A stretch of 64,000 nt of DNA, taken from NCBI GenBank assembly GCA_951406725.2, contig OX597826.1:79360001-79424000 (forward strand), given 5' to 3'. The position numbers were made by a program, and so were the translations under genes. Below, piece after piece: positions 12,005 to 23,950 of this stretch (the first letter of the stretch is position 1; each line of letters starts with the position of its first letter). Below the pieces are notes generated by a model. It made no database searches. It was not told where the DNA came from and worked only from the letters and a program-made list of their open reading frames with translations. The DNA is from Octopus vulgaris (Eukaryota).

Positions 12005-12870
12005 TTATATACACATGTAGAAGAGGTGTGTGTGTGTGTGTATCGAGTGCAATAGATGCCATGTGGCAACTGGGATTTCACTGATGGCATTAAATTTCTT
12101 TGTAATGTATAAAATACACACACATGCGTGCATACACATATACCTTCATGCATGCACACACACAGACATTACACACAGACATGCTTGTGTTTGAAGTGTT
12201 TAGTTTGAGATTGGCATCTACTTCTATGCATCTCTGAATATATTCACACGCATATACACATGAACATAAACATATTTTTACATATGCACACACACACACG
12301 CGTTACCATCAAATATACATACACTATGTATGTGTGTGTGTGTGTAATGTTTGAGAGAGAGAGAGAGGGAGGGAGGGAGAAAAACTAGCTGTTTGTATGC
12401 AAATGAATCTTATCATATCTCTGAACTATTATTTTAATTAAAAGCAGTGGGTGTTTCGAATAAGAACCATGGAGGTTAAATGCATTCTGGAATTCCTGTC
12501 CATTTCTCGTGGTTCCACATTCAAATTCCATCCAGATAGGGTTGATAAAATAACTCTAAATGCTTAATTGGAATCAATCTAATTATAACTTTTCTTTCAT
12601 CCCACCAAACACTTGTTGTTCAATAATTACTCTTTTAATTATCATTGCAAAAATAAACCCAAAAAGCAAACAAAGACCCAAAAATTCAGTGCTTCATTTT
12701 TTTTTTTTTTTTAAATAATTTTATACTGCATTTTGTGTGCAAGCTTTTGTGTGTCAACAATAAATATATTTTATCTTAAATTTTACATGTTTAACCTTAT
12801 TTATTGTAAAAAAATAATAAATCTATTCGAGATTTAGAAAACTTGTTTGACTTGACACTGTGAATATCAA

Positions 12871-13068
12871 CCTTTGGATTACTCTCTCAAATGAAATGCT
12901 TATCCATTCATGTTTTAAATTAATCAGGCATTATCTCATAGCTTCAAGATTTCAGTGATGTCTTTTTGCCTGTTTCCTTTTACTTGCATCAGTCATTAGA
13001 CTGTGGCCATGCTGGGGCACCGCAGTGAAGAATTCTTAGTTGAATGAATCAGCCTCAGTACTTTTTCT
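12871..13068 (-). repeat. Inverted local duplicate of 7735-8042 (SINE/MITE junction)
   Basis: Reverse complement matches both the SINE tail and the adjacent MITE segment, without the minisatellite. Confidence 0.85.
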
Positions 13069-13493
13069 AAGAGAAATAAACATGGGAGATGCCTTGCCCC
13101 ATGTAGAAAGTACAGGAGTTACTCAGAGGTTTTATAGGCTCTTTTAAATCCACTGCAATGCTGGAATCCCTTCCATATCATCAGCAGGTGTCTCAGGGTC
13201 ATTTTGCTCCTTAGTCTATATGCCTCACCTATGTGGGGCAGCGGGAACAGAGCTTGCCTTTGCCTACAGAGAATATAACATATGCTAAGTTATATGCTAT
13301 AGAAAGAGGTCTTAAGTAAAATCGTTATCAATATAAAATGCTCAATGTGTTGTGTGTGTGCCATTCTGTATTTCACCGTTGTTGCAGCTTGTCAGTGTCT
13401 TGTTATATATATACACACGCATACTAGCAGATATACTTGGCGTTGCTCAAGATTTAAATGACATAGTTTGTATATATGTTACAGTTAAGCTGG

Positions 13494-13875
13494 GAGGCGC
13501 AATGGCCCAGTGGTTAGGGCAGCGGACTCGCGGTCATAGGATCGCGGTTTCGATTCCCAGACCGGGCGTTGTGAGTGTTTATTGAGCGAAAACACCTAAA
13601 AGCTCCACGAGGCTCCGGCAGGGGATGGTGGTGAACCCTGCTGTACTCTTTCACCACAACTTTCTCTCACTCTTACTTCCTGTTTCTGTTGTACCTGTAT
13701 TTCAAGGGGCCGGCCTTGTCACTCTCTGTGTCACGCTGAATATCCCCGAGAACTACGTTAAGGGTGCACGTGTCTGTGGAGTGCTCAGCCACTTACACGT
13801 TAATTTCACGAGCAGGCTGTTCCATTGATTCGGATCAACCGGAACCCTCATCGTCGTAACCGACGGAGTGCTTCC
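13494..13875 (+). mobile_element. Young tRNA-derived SINE family C with 13-bp TSD
   Basis: TSD acagttaagctgg at 13481-13493 and 13876-13888; A box TGGCCCAGTGG, B box GGTTTCGATTCC; CpGs retained. Confidence 0.9.
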
Positions 13876-14349
13876 ACAGTTAAGCTGGAACATGTGATAT
13901 GGGGAAGTGCAACATTGATGACAAAACATTTGTGGAGTAGATGAAGGGCTAATTTGATGAAATGACGTCATGCATCTGTTTGGAAGATTCCAGGCCTTAA
14001 CCTTGTCATGGAAAAGTGGGTGGGGGTATTTGTTTTTTGAATGCGCCAAAAAGCTCTCAGAGGATATGCTCTCCTTTGTGGCTGTTGGCGCTGCTGCTAC
14101 CATGCTGAATAATCAGCAGACATAGGAACTACATCTGTGTGATAAATTAAACCCGTGGGTGTGCCCAGCAACCCCACATGAAAGAAATGACATGGTAAGC
14201 GGGTGGGATTGACAAGGAAGCACTTGAAAACAACCACTGTCATATGATATTTCGGTTCGGAATGAATAGTTGTGGCTAAACCATGTACCCCTTCACGTAA
14301 GCATCATGTGACCATTCTGAGGACAGCTCAGCTCCCAAATGAAAACAGT

Positions 14350-14960
14350 TCTGCATGCAGCATAGGGGTATGCAAGGTCACATTAAGGACACGGTCTGTA
14401 ACAAATGTGTCCAAATGCAATTGCAATCACCCACACGCACAAAAGTGCAGGATGTTACCAGGAAAGCTTCTAGATACCTGATAAAGTTCAGACACCCCAA
14501 CCCAATCTGAGCATGGATGGCCACTTGCCTAAATGCTCTGCTTTCACTGCCTCTCACAGCCAACATTACCAATTTTGTCTGGATCTAGAAAGACTTATTG
14601 TATCTGGAGATCCAAGCATTTCCAGAACAGTTTTGTCTCTGCACCACCCAATCGTGGCTGATTACTTTTATCATTATACATTATTGTTGTCACAAATGTG
14701 CACTCGCTGTAAATTCTTATCTTGCCAATGGCTACAACATCTATGCCCAGTTCCAAGGTCTGTAAAAGAATCTGGAAGGTTTGGCCTCCAACCAGGCCTT
14801 TCCCAAGACCCTTAAAGCCAGGAACTTTTCAGCAACCCCTTGTATGTTCTCTGCTTGTTTGCCTGCAATTCATTTGCACTTCATGCATCCATTGGGTACA
14901 GTATATGGAATTTACACCTTTTCTGCATACCAGGGTCCTGTATTTTGCCTAGTTACTAAA
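14350..14960 (-). mobile_element. Mosaic of highly decayed non-LTR retrotransposon fragments (APE endonuclease-like and PHD-like) with a mariner-like end
   Basis: Minus-strand translations FVRVGDCNCI (GDFN-like) and LVCRKGVNSIYCTQW; tacaaggggttgctgaaaagttcc resembles a mariner TIR. Confidence 0.4.
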
Positions 14961-14984
14961 ACCTTAATATTTACTAACTCTAAT

Positions 14985-17496
14985 GATTCTGCAAAGAAAG
15001 GGGCTTGAAAACGCCCCTATGAAAGGCTGCTAAATGTAGAGAATGAATGGGAAAAGGAGAATCTGCCAAATGTTGACCCAACTGAGGGACCAGCTATCTG
15101 AATTGACAATAGCTTGGTAGGTAAAGCAATTAAGGATATGAAGATGGGGAAAGTCCCTGGCTCATCAGGAATCACGGCTGAGATGCTTAAACGTTTCAGC
15201 AGAGTAGGATATAGCCTAGATACTCGTATTGTTACTCAGGTGGTCTGTGAAGAAGTCATACCCAACGATTGTGTTACAGCATTATAGTCAACTGCTACAA
15301 AAGCAAAGGTGATGCCTTAGACGGAAATAATTACAGAGGCACCAAATTGTTGGAGCAGGTGATGAAAGTCACAGAAAGGGTCATAGCTCAATCAATTAGG
15401 AAGAAAGTTAAGTGTAGATGAGATGCAGTTGGGATTTGTGTCAAGCAGGAGCCTGGCTGATGCCATATTTCTGGTTAGGCAACTGCAGAAGAAATATTTA
15501 GCCAAAAATAAGCCTCTGTACTGTACCTGGCTTTTGTTGACATGGAGAAAACCTTTGACAAAATCCCCCGCTTCCTTATCTGGTGAGCAATGCAGAAGAT
15601 GGGGATAGATGAGTGGTTGTAGAGAGCTGTACAAGCCAAGTACAGGAATGTTGTCAGTAAGGTGAAGGTTGGCAATGAGTGCAATGATGAATTCAGGGTA
15701 CAAGTAGGGGTTCGCCTAGGATCAGTCCTCAGCCCCCTCTTGTTCATCATAGTCCTTCTGGCAATAACAGAGGAATTTAAGATGGGCTGCTCCTGGGAGC
15801 ACTTCTATACTGATGACCTTGTTCTTATAGCCAAATCACCAGCAGCACTAGAGAAGAAATTTCATGAGGTTTTAAGAAATGTCAATGGAAGCAAGGTCTA
15901 AAATCAAAGGGTCTTAGAGTCAATCAAGCAAAAACCAAAGTCTTAGTAAGTAGGAAAGGAGACAAATCACAAATCTCTTCAGGTAGATGGCGCTGCTTGA
16001 TCTGTAGGAAAGGCATAGGTAGAAACTCTGTAAGGTGTACCCGGTGTAAGTTATGGACACATAAGTGGTACAGCAATATCAAAGGAAAGTTAACAGGGAA
16101 AATAGTTTTTGCACGTGGGAGGTGCACTAAAAATGTAAAGAAAATTGATTCTATCGTATGTCAGTGGCAGAAGCTAGAAGTAGTTGCTAGCTTCCATTAT
16201 CTAGGTGATGGAGTCAGTAGTGGAGGCAGATGCTCTTAGAGCATAGCTGCTTGAAGAAGAATAGTCTGGGCAAGGTTCTACCTCTGTTGGTAACTAAGGG
16301 TCTCTTCCCCAGAGTGAAAGGCAGACTGTATGATGCTGTGTGTGAACAGCCATGCTAAATGGCAGTAAAACATGGGCTGTGATCACCGAGGACATGCTTA
16401 GGCTTGAAAGAAATGAAGCTAATATGCTTTGCTGGATGTGCAATGTTGGTGTGCATGTATGATAAAAAGTTGGGCATAAGAAACCTCAACTGTGGTGCGC
16501 AAGAGAGACAACTCCACTGGTCATGTGATGCATATGGTCAAGGACAGCTCTGTAAAGAAGTTTGTTGTTTTTGTTTGTTCCTTCTTAAGCCATGCCTGGG
16601 TCATAAGGGCCAGTTTCCTGGTTTCCTTGGCATATAAGTTCCCCACCTGGACAGGATGCTGGTCCATCGCAGGTGAGCTGCAAAATGCAGAAGGAAAGAG
16701 TGCGAGAAAGTTGTGGTGAAAGAGTCAGCAGAAGTTCACCATTACCTTCTGCCAGAGCTGTGTGGAGCTTAGGTGTTTTGCTCATAAACACACACATTGC
16801 CTGGTCTGATATTCGAACCCGCAATCCCTCGACCGCCAGTCTGCTGCTCTAACCACTAGGCCATATGCCTCCACGTGTAAAGAAGTGCTGATCTCTAATT
16901 GAGGAGGGGACTTGTGGAAGAGGTAGACCCAGGAAGATGAAGTGGTAAAGCATGGTCTTCAAATGTTGGGCCTCACAGAGGTGATGACAAGTGGCTGTGC
17001 TTGAGAAGGGCCATGAAGCCAAGTGGAATCGTAGTTGTGTCCATTGCCAGTGTCATGCAAATGGCATCCATGAAATCGTAATTGTGGCCATTAATGGTAG
17101 CATGATCTTTTGAGCATTGGGCCTCATGGAGGTGATGACAAGTGAGTGAGGCCTTTGGTGATTCTCTGCTGAGAAGACTTGTCAAACCAGGTGAAATTGC
17201 AGTCAGTCATGACTTGCCAGTGTCACTGTAAATGGCACCCTGCAGGTGTCGTCGTGTAAATGTCACCTGTAAAATCATAACCATAGCAGCTGTTGCCAGT
17301 GTGATGCAAATGGCACCTGTGCTGGTGGAACGTAAAAGCACTCATTACAGTCTTGGAGTGGTTGGCATTGGAAAGGGGTCTGGCCGTAGAAACCATATCA
17401 AATCAGACTGGAACCTGGTGCAACTCCCTGGTTTACCAGTTCCAGTCAAACCGTCCAACACACACCAGCATGCAAAGCGGACGTTAAATGATGATC
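14985..17496 (+). mobile_element. 5'-truncated, frameshifted RTE-clade LINE (RT, PHD-like finger, 3'UTR)
   Basis: QLGFVSSRSLADAIFLVRQLQKKY, VGVRLGSVLSPLLFIIV, YTDDLVLIA, C..CRKGIGRNSVRCTRCKLWTHK, RGRPRK; (ATG)n tail at ~17487; many stops. Confidence 0.92.
16562..16875 (-). mobile_element. Family C-headed SINE nested in the RTE LINE, 11-bp TSD
   Basis: TSD tgtaaagaagt at 16551-16561 and 16876-16886; tRNA head TGGCCTAGTGG...GGGTTCGAAT on the minus strand. Confidence 0.85.
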
Positions 17497-17632
17497 ATGG
17501 TTTACCCTGAGCCCTCAAGGATTTAAGGTTGAGCTTCCATGTCTGGAATTTCCTCTCTAATTCCACTTGAGATTCAGCTATGAGAGAACTAGATTGTCTA
17601 CATAACCAATCTTAATTGTTCTGAGGTAGTCT

Positions 17633-18400
17633 GTAGAACTGATGAAGAAGGCTGAGCCTCGATGATCTACCTTCTCACTGAATTTGACACTGAAATCATT
17701 TTTTGATACTCATTATATCTTTGCACATAGCTTTGACATCTCTCATCTCTCACAGGCCATTTAGTCTTCATCTATGGACTGCTTTATATTTTATGTTCCT
17801 CCCTCTCAGCTTCCCTGGAGCCATTTCATCTCACTTTCATCTCCTATACTGAACTTTCAACTCGCCTTTTCTCCTGTGTTCCTTCTCGTTTTGTCCATGG
17901 CAGCCCTACCCCCATTACCTCTGCTCGTCTCCCACAATTTCAACCCTTATGTATCTCTGACGTTGTCCCTTGACTGTGCATCTCCTGCATCCCACCCCTA
18001 TTTCCTCCACCTTTCCCTCCAACCATGCCTCCAGTGTTTCCCACTCACTGCATTCCCCCCTATCCCATCCCATCCTCCACTCCTTTCACACTTACCTACC
18101 CACTCACCCTCTCTAGTCCTCTGTATCACTTGTATTCACTCCCACCATAACTTCCTGATACATATTTCCCTGCTGGCGATGACCGCGTATCCCCTCCACA
18201 GTGAGGCACCCGCTTCCCTGTATTGAGCTTGGTGCAATCCTCTGGCTTTGCTATTTCCTGTAACAAGTCAACCTCTATAATCATAAATATTCCACACCCG
18301 AGAGATCTCAAAATGAGACCAATTGTGGTGGCTGGTCCCTCTTGTGACGTCCTCCTCAAACCTATCCTCCAACATAAACACATGTGGATAATATACCCAT
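17633..18400 (+). mobile_element. Decayed Penelope-like element fragments
   Basis: PRDLKMRPIVVAGPSC resembles the PLE RT 'LK.RPI.AGP.C' motif; degenerate hammerhead-like motif (CTGATGA at 17639) at the 5' end. Confidence 0.5.
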
Positions 18401-19128
18401 TCATCCATCTGTCTTTTCTGTCCACTATTCCAGGGAGAGTTGTGGGGGTAGGGTCCTTAGGCATCTCCTAACCCTCCATAGGGATCTTAGAGGTAACCAT
18501 CATTAAACTCTATGGCTGGATTTCCAAACATGACCAGCTGAGACTATATCCAATCATGTAGTTCTGATCTACCCCCAAGTCGCCTGCTAATAGTTTCAGC
18601 TTGAAGAATATGTCTTCCCAGGGACATTCTACTCATGTCCATAGTACTGGAGACATGGCCTCCCAAAGCAGGTAAGTAGCTGCTTAACCTCCAGATTCTT
18701 TGATCTGAGTTATGCGCCCCTTTTGAGTAATGGAAGGGCCCCATTTCAGTCATATCTTTATCTGTCTGTCTATCTATCTATCTATCTATCTAATCATATA
18801 TATATCATCACTTAACGTCTGCTTTCCATGCTAGCATGGGTTGGACGATTTGACTTAGAACTGGCAAACCAGATGGCTGCACCCGGCTAAAAGCAACATT
18901 GAAGGAAGGTCACTTCACTACCATTTAATTAATGCATCTTGAGGTAACTCGTTGCTGGGATTCATGATAATGGTGGCACTACATGACTTGTTTCAAGCTA
19001 TCTTCAAAGCTGAGCTGTTTCACATAATTTATCCTGCAACATGTGAACATTTCTCTTTGACCTAATGGAACTGCATTACTCTAGACCAGCAGTTCTCAGC
19101 TAGAGATAGAGAGAGAGAGAGAGAGAGA

Positions 19129-19293
19129 GACTGGGAATACTGTATAGATGGTAGATGGCAGACTTTACCAAACTTCCAGATTCCAATGGCAACAATTTTA
19201 TTAACTCTTCCGTGCAAAGGGTCCCTGAATAAGGTTTAAGGATGTTGAATGAAACACCCATGTCTCCAGATGTAAATTATTCTGCTCACAGAC
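19129..19293 (+). repeat. ~160-bp direct repeat, copy 1 (after a GA tract)
   Basis: Near-identical to 25783-25941 (gactgggaa...ctgctcacagacc). Confidence 0.9.
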
Positions 19294-19818
19294 CTTACCA
19301 ATCCCACCCCCTTACCATATGGCCCTTAGAAGTCCGTATAAAATTTATTTCCAATAAATTGGCTGCACTTCTACAATACAAACATTTTTATTCAATCCTA
19401 AATAGTATTTAATTATAAAAAAATGTATTTTTTAAATGTGATTTGCTAGTCAACATTTTTAGTTATGATAAATTACTGCCGTCACGTTGCATCTGTGTAT
19501 TCTGGCAGCATTAGAACAGTCCACCATATTGGCATTTTTCTTGGTGATTCTTCATCCTTGGTTGTCACTAGTATTTCTTGATATTTATTTCTGAAACAAG
19601 ACTATTTCCATTTACATTATATACCTGCTCAGGACTTTTTCAACTGCTTCCATATCTTCTGAACATTTTTCACCTTACACTGACATATTGAGCTGCAGCC
19701 AACCCTCACTGTAAACACTAAATTTTGTCCTTATTCTTTAACAAAATGTTTGGGTATCACCTTCACTTGATATATAAAAACCACTTCAGGACATGATCTT
19801 AATTAGAACTTATTTCTG

Positions 19819-20045
19819 TCATTTTTGCTTCATGAAAAAAGCAAACAATTTTTTTTCTATTGGAAAGTCATTGCTGTATGAATCCCTGCTGTCAAGTTCA
19901 ATTTCTACCTTTAAAAGGACAATGCCTGGGGTCTGATTGTTTATTCTGATTGTAAACACCGCCAAAAAACAAAACCAATTTGGAATGCCTTCGCTGTGTT
20001 TAGATCGATGCAGGATTACTAATGGACAAGTTAAGAGAGGATGAT
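19819..20045 (-). CDS. Possible terminal exon of the His/Cys-rich gene (xHPLLTCPLVILHRSKHSEG...MKQK*)
   Basis: Strong acceptor ttctcttttaattcctag at 20046-47; phase-1 frame open for 74 codons; but an AATAAA lies inside it at 19940-19945, so its coding extent is uncertain. Confidence 0.4.
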
Positions 20046-20667
20046 CTAGGAATTAAAAGAGAAGTAACAAAAAGATCAAGAAAATAACAGGAAATTGGTT
20101 TGTGTGTTTTTTTTTTATATTTGTATATTTGTCAATAACGAAAAGGGTGTCGAAATTTAGACGGCTGTTTTTCACCAATTCACTGTTCATCTTTACTCTA
20201 CGAACTTTTTTTCATCACAGTAATAGTGGCCGCTGGGTTTGGACATGGACAATGGTGATCACAGCAACCGTGACAATTTGGAGCGTGACAATTTGAGCAA
20301 GGATTGCAGGGGCACGGATGACATATTGGTGTCACGTGGATTTGAGGTTCTGGTGCTAAGAATCAAAAGAGAAGCAACAAAAAGATCAAGAAAAAATAAC
20401 AGAAAATTGGTTTGTGTTTTTTTGTGTTATATTTGCATATTTGTCAATAACGAAAAGGGTGTCGAAATTTAGACAGCTGTTTTTCACCAATTCACTGTTC
20501 ATCTTTACTCTACGAACCTTTTTTCGTCACAGTAATAGTGGCCGCTGGGTTTGGACATGGACAATGGTGATCACAGCAACCATGACAATTTGGAGCATGA
20601 CAATTTGAGCAAGGATTGCAGGGGCACGAATGGCATACTGGTGTCACGTGGATATGAGGTTCTGGTG
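20046..20667. repeat. Tandem duplication of a ~312-bp exon+intron unit (2 copies)
   Basis: 20046-20355 and 20356-20667 align almost base for base. Confidence 0.95.
20206..20355 (-). CDS. His/Cys-rich gene duplicated exon Y: (A)PEPQIHVTPICHPCPCNPCSNCHAPNCHGCCDHHCPCPNPAATITVMKK
   Basis: Acceptor ttttgattcttag; 150 nt, phase 1-1; weak donor AAA|GTTCGT; read-through gives SS* (TAG at 20198-20200). Confidence 0.78.
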
Positions 20668-20671
20668 GATT
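20518..20671 (-). CDS. His/Cys-rich gene exon X: NPPEPHIHVTPVCHSCPCNPCSNCHAPNCHGCCDHHCPCPNPAATITVTKK
   Basis: Acceptor tttttgttcttttctcag; donor AAG|GTTCGT; 154 nt, phase 0-1; same C/H/P composition as the main exon. Confidence 0.82.
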
Positions 20672-21219
20672 CTGAGAAAAGAACAAAAAAAGAAAAAATT
20701 AGAAAATTCTCTTATAAGGTTGTCTCAAAAGTTCGTAGAAAGTCTTGAAAAATAATGGTCTTTATTTTGAGGAATAATTTTTGTTGTTTTTGTTAGTACT
20801 TGGCGAGTAAAAATTTAATTTTCGCAAGTGTTTACGAACTTTTGGGACAACCTAATATTAATGAATAATTTGCGCAGCAAAATTTCGTCATTAAGTAGAA
20901 ATTAGAAATCAAGTTAAGGGGAATAACTCTCAGATAAGGGAGAGAACCCATAGATATTACGTCACGAAATTTTTTTAAAATGTGTTTTGTAAGTAATTAA
21001 GAGCATCTTCATCCTCTTAACACATTTTCCTCGCTAATATAGTTGGGGAAATATTCAAAACCCGAGCAAGATTATGAATTATACCAAAGTGATTCAGTAA
21101 TAATTCAGATTCACGTTTAATGCACACTACACAGCTTCAACAAGCAAATTTGCTATTCAACTGTATTTTTGATAGGAAAAAAAAAAAAAGAAATATACAA
21201 AGAATGAAAAAACAGTTAC

Positions 21220-21257
21220 CTGGGTAACAGTAATTTTCGTTCGTTTTCTTTTTGGAG
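21220..21257 (-). CDS. 38-nt microexon of the His/Cys-rich gene: (A)PKRKRTKITVTQ
   Basis: Acceptor attatttttgcag, donor CAG|GTAACT; phase 1-0 exactly bridges the main exon (ends phase 1) and exon X (starts phase 0). Confidence 0.78.
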
Positions 21258-21298
21258 CTGCAAAAATAATAAGAATAATTATAATACCCAGCAAAATA

Positions 21299-21324
21299 AG
21301 CTACTGCTGCTGCTGCTGCTGCTG

Positions 21325-21408
<84 letters not shown>

Positions 21409-21409
21409 G

Positions 21410-21447
<38 letters not shown>

Positions 21448-21455
21448 ATAATAAT
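21299..21455. repeat. (CTG)n(CTA)n(ATA)n trinucleotide microsatellite
   Basis: Pure triplet tracts in an intron. Confidence 0.95.
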
Positions 21456-21459
21456 ACTC

Positions 21460-22090
21460 CTTTCTACTATAGGCACAAGGCCACAAGGAAGGAGTAAGTC
21501 TAGATTACCCCAGTACACAGCTGGTACTTAACTCCAAAAGGATGAAAGGCAACGTCAACCTTAGCGGGATTTAATTTCAACTTTTGTCCCAAGGCCTGCA
21601 ATTTCGGTGGGTGGTCAAGTAAGTTGATCACATCGACCACAGGGCTCAACAGGCACCCATTTTATCAATCTCGAAAGTTCACCTCGGCAACATTTTTTTC
21701 GTCTGTTATGGTTTCAAGTTTTGGAACAAGGCCAGCAACTCATTTGATCGACTCCCAAAAGAATGAAATGCAGAGTTAAACCTTTGCAGAATTTGAACTC
21801 AGAATGGATTGCCAGAAGAAATACATCTTACCATTTCATCTTAGGCACTAAAGATTCTGCCGGTTCCCTGCCATCATATTAATGGTTTCAAAATTTAGAA
21901 CAAGGCCTGCAGTTAGGATGAAAGGCAAAGTCGACCTCGGTAGAATTTGAACACAAAACACAAATACAGACGAAATACCGCTAAGCATTTCGCATGCTAA
22001 CGATTCTGCCAGCTTGCTGTCCTTGCAAAGCAGCCTATTCTATGCTGTTGTCCCTAGTATTTAACTGGTACTTTACTTTATCAACCCTGG
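21460..22090 (-). mobile_element. Tandem cluster of decayed SINE family A fragments
   Basis: Repeated 'cacaaggcc', 'gatgaaaggcaaagtcgacctcgg' and 'aatttgaactcag' blocks. Confidence 0.7.
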
Positions 22091-23923
22091 AGATATGAAC
22101 GAGGCCTTCCAATGTTCTGTTGCAAGAGGATCAGAACCCTTAACTGTTCTGGACTGTCAAGGGGAATCACACCCTCACGAAGTATGGAAAAAGGGTCCAA
22201 AACCTTACAAAAGATTGTTGAATATAGAAAATGTGTAAGGTTTAAGAATAATTATCCTTTCTAGTATCTTTAACTCGAGACACAGGTGTCTTGGTAAAGC
22301 CAAAAAGACCAAAATGTTTTCCTGTTGATTTAAATTGATGGGTGCATGTAGAAAACAAAGGATAAAGTGCCTAAAATTACTTTATTATGTAAAAACATGA
22401 AAACTTGTGAACAGTACAATACATCTACCACAATAAGAAAACCTAAAAAAAATATATATGTAAAGTATGTTTGTGAAAAAATAAGAAGCAAACTATGTAC
22501 TGAGAGACGATCTCTGATTGGCTCTTACACTTCAAAACCAACCATTCACAACATTTATTCCATTGGGCTGATCAATTGGCCCAGTTATCCCAATAGGGTC
22601 TAATAGAGAATTCAGCTACAGAAGAGGAAGTAGATGGTCTAGGAAGAGGCCAAAGCGAGGGACCCTGTTATGGAAAAACAAACAATTTAATGAATTAGTT
22701 AAAATGCAGTTTGTACATGTGCCAGGTTGGGGTAATACTCATGCTTCCCAGAGTGAGTGTCACTGTCTTGCAGTGTCTGCTGTGGTCTTAGCTAAATCCC
22801 ATGATCTCTAGTGAAAGTTATGTACATGATGCATATGCTAGGTACAGTGCAAAAGCTATGACAGCGTTGGTAGGGACAGTTGAATGTGATGACAAGTGGG
22901 TAAGAGAAATGTCTGGAAATATATGTGGATAGAAACTAAAAGATATGGGATGAAAATGGAAGAATAATCTCAATGCTCACAAAAGATAATATAGGAATGC
23001 AACAAAGGAGCGTTACTTCATGGGAACAAGCAAATCTGAAGAATGTGATGTCATCTTTAAAAAAGAATTTTGTGGAGAAGACAAAGCTTGAATGAGCTGA
23101 GAGAAATAGTTGGAGGTTCAGAGAGAAAAGATGGTGGCTAACTGAAAGTTTGTGATAAATCTTCTGAACGTTGGAAACCTGATGCAAGGTGGTATGATGG
23201 TACTGTAGAAAACCCCTAAAACGAAAGGGACAGACTTGAAAGAGAAATTAGACGTCCAATATAATTAGGAAAGTGGAAAGTTAAAAGTAAAGAGCTTTGC
23301 CAATCTTTTCAAACATGAGGTATCCTGGATGGGAAGGAGTTTATGAAATGGAATAATAATGGTACACTTCTCTTTAATGATGCTAAAAATACAAACGTAT
23401 GTGCTATAATGAGGACACTGATCAAGAAGAATTAATGCATAGTGGTGGAGGTGGTGGTGGTGATCTACTCAAGACAACAAAGGTAAGAAAGGCATCTGGA
23501 CTTTCAAGAACGAGCTGTGTGTGTGTGTAAGTATTATTGAAGCTCTGCTATCACATAAATGTAAAAGCCACATGTAGTGTTGAGGGTGGTGTGCCACCAG
23601 TGGTGGTGGTGAGAAGTCAAGCATGAGGTACCAGAAGGTGGAAGTGACAACATAGTGATGCAGGTCTTTCAATCAGCCTCTTTCTTGGATGAGCAGTTAA
23701 TTCCTAAAATGTGTTGGAACTTGGTGGCCCTCTTCATTATTTGCACCACCGAACTAGGTGAGAAATGTTGTAAACAAATACAAATGAATTTAGAAGTGCA
23801 GAAAAGTATTTGCATGCATAACATACATACAACTGCTCACATATATTACAAATAGAATGCATTATATAAATCAGACCCACCGCCCACCATCACCACCAGG
23901 TCACAAATATCACAAGTTGAACA

Positions 23924-23929
23924 TTTATT
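23924..23929 (-). terminator. Intronic AATAAA overlapping the read-through stop codon (TAATAAA)
   Basis: Plus-strand tttatt at 23924-23929; G/T-rich downstream element on the minus strand at ~23875-23900. Confidence 0.5.
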
Positions 23930-23950
23930 AACATATATACAGTGACTCAC

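Noticed and set aside
13494-13565. tRNA gene-like sequence
   Set aside because: It is the head of a TSD-flanked SINE with other copies; same for the other A/B-box heads
20102-20748. Duplicated 64-77 aa plus-strand ORFs
   Set aside because: Antisense to exons X and Y; the pyrimidine tracts and AG/GT signals are on the minus strand
22130-23450. Possible additional exons of the His/Cys gene in the 2.7-kb intron
   Set aside because: No convincing phase 1-1 exon with Cys/His composition found; looks like old decayed repeat, though it cannot be fully excluded
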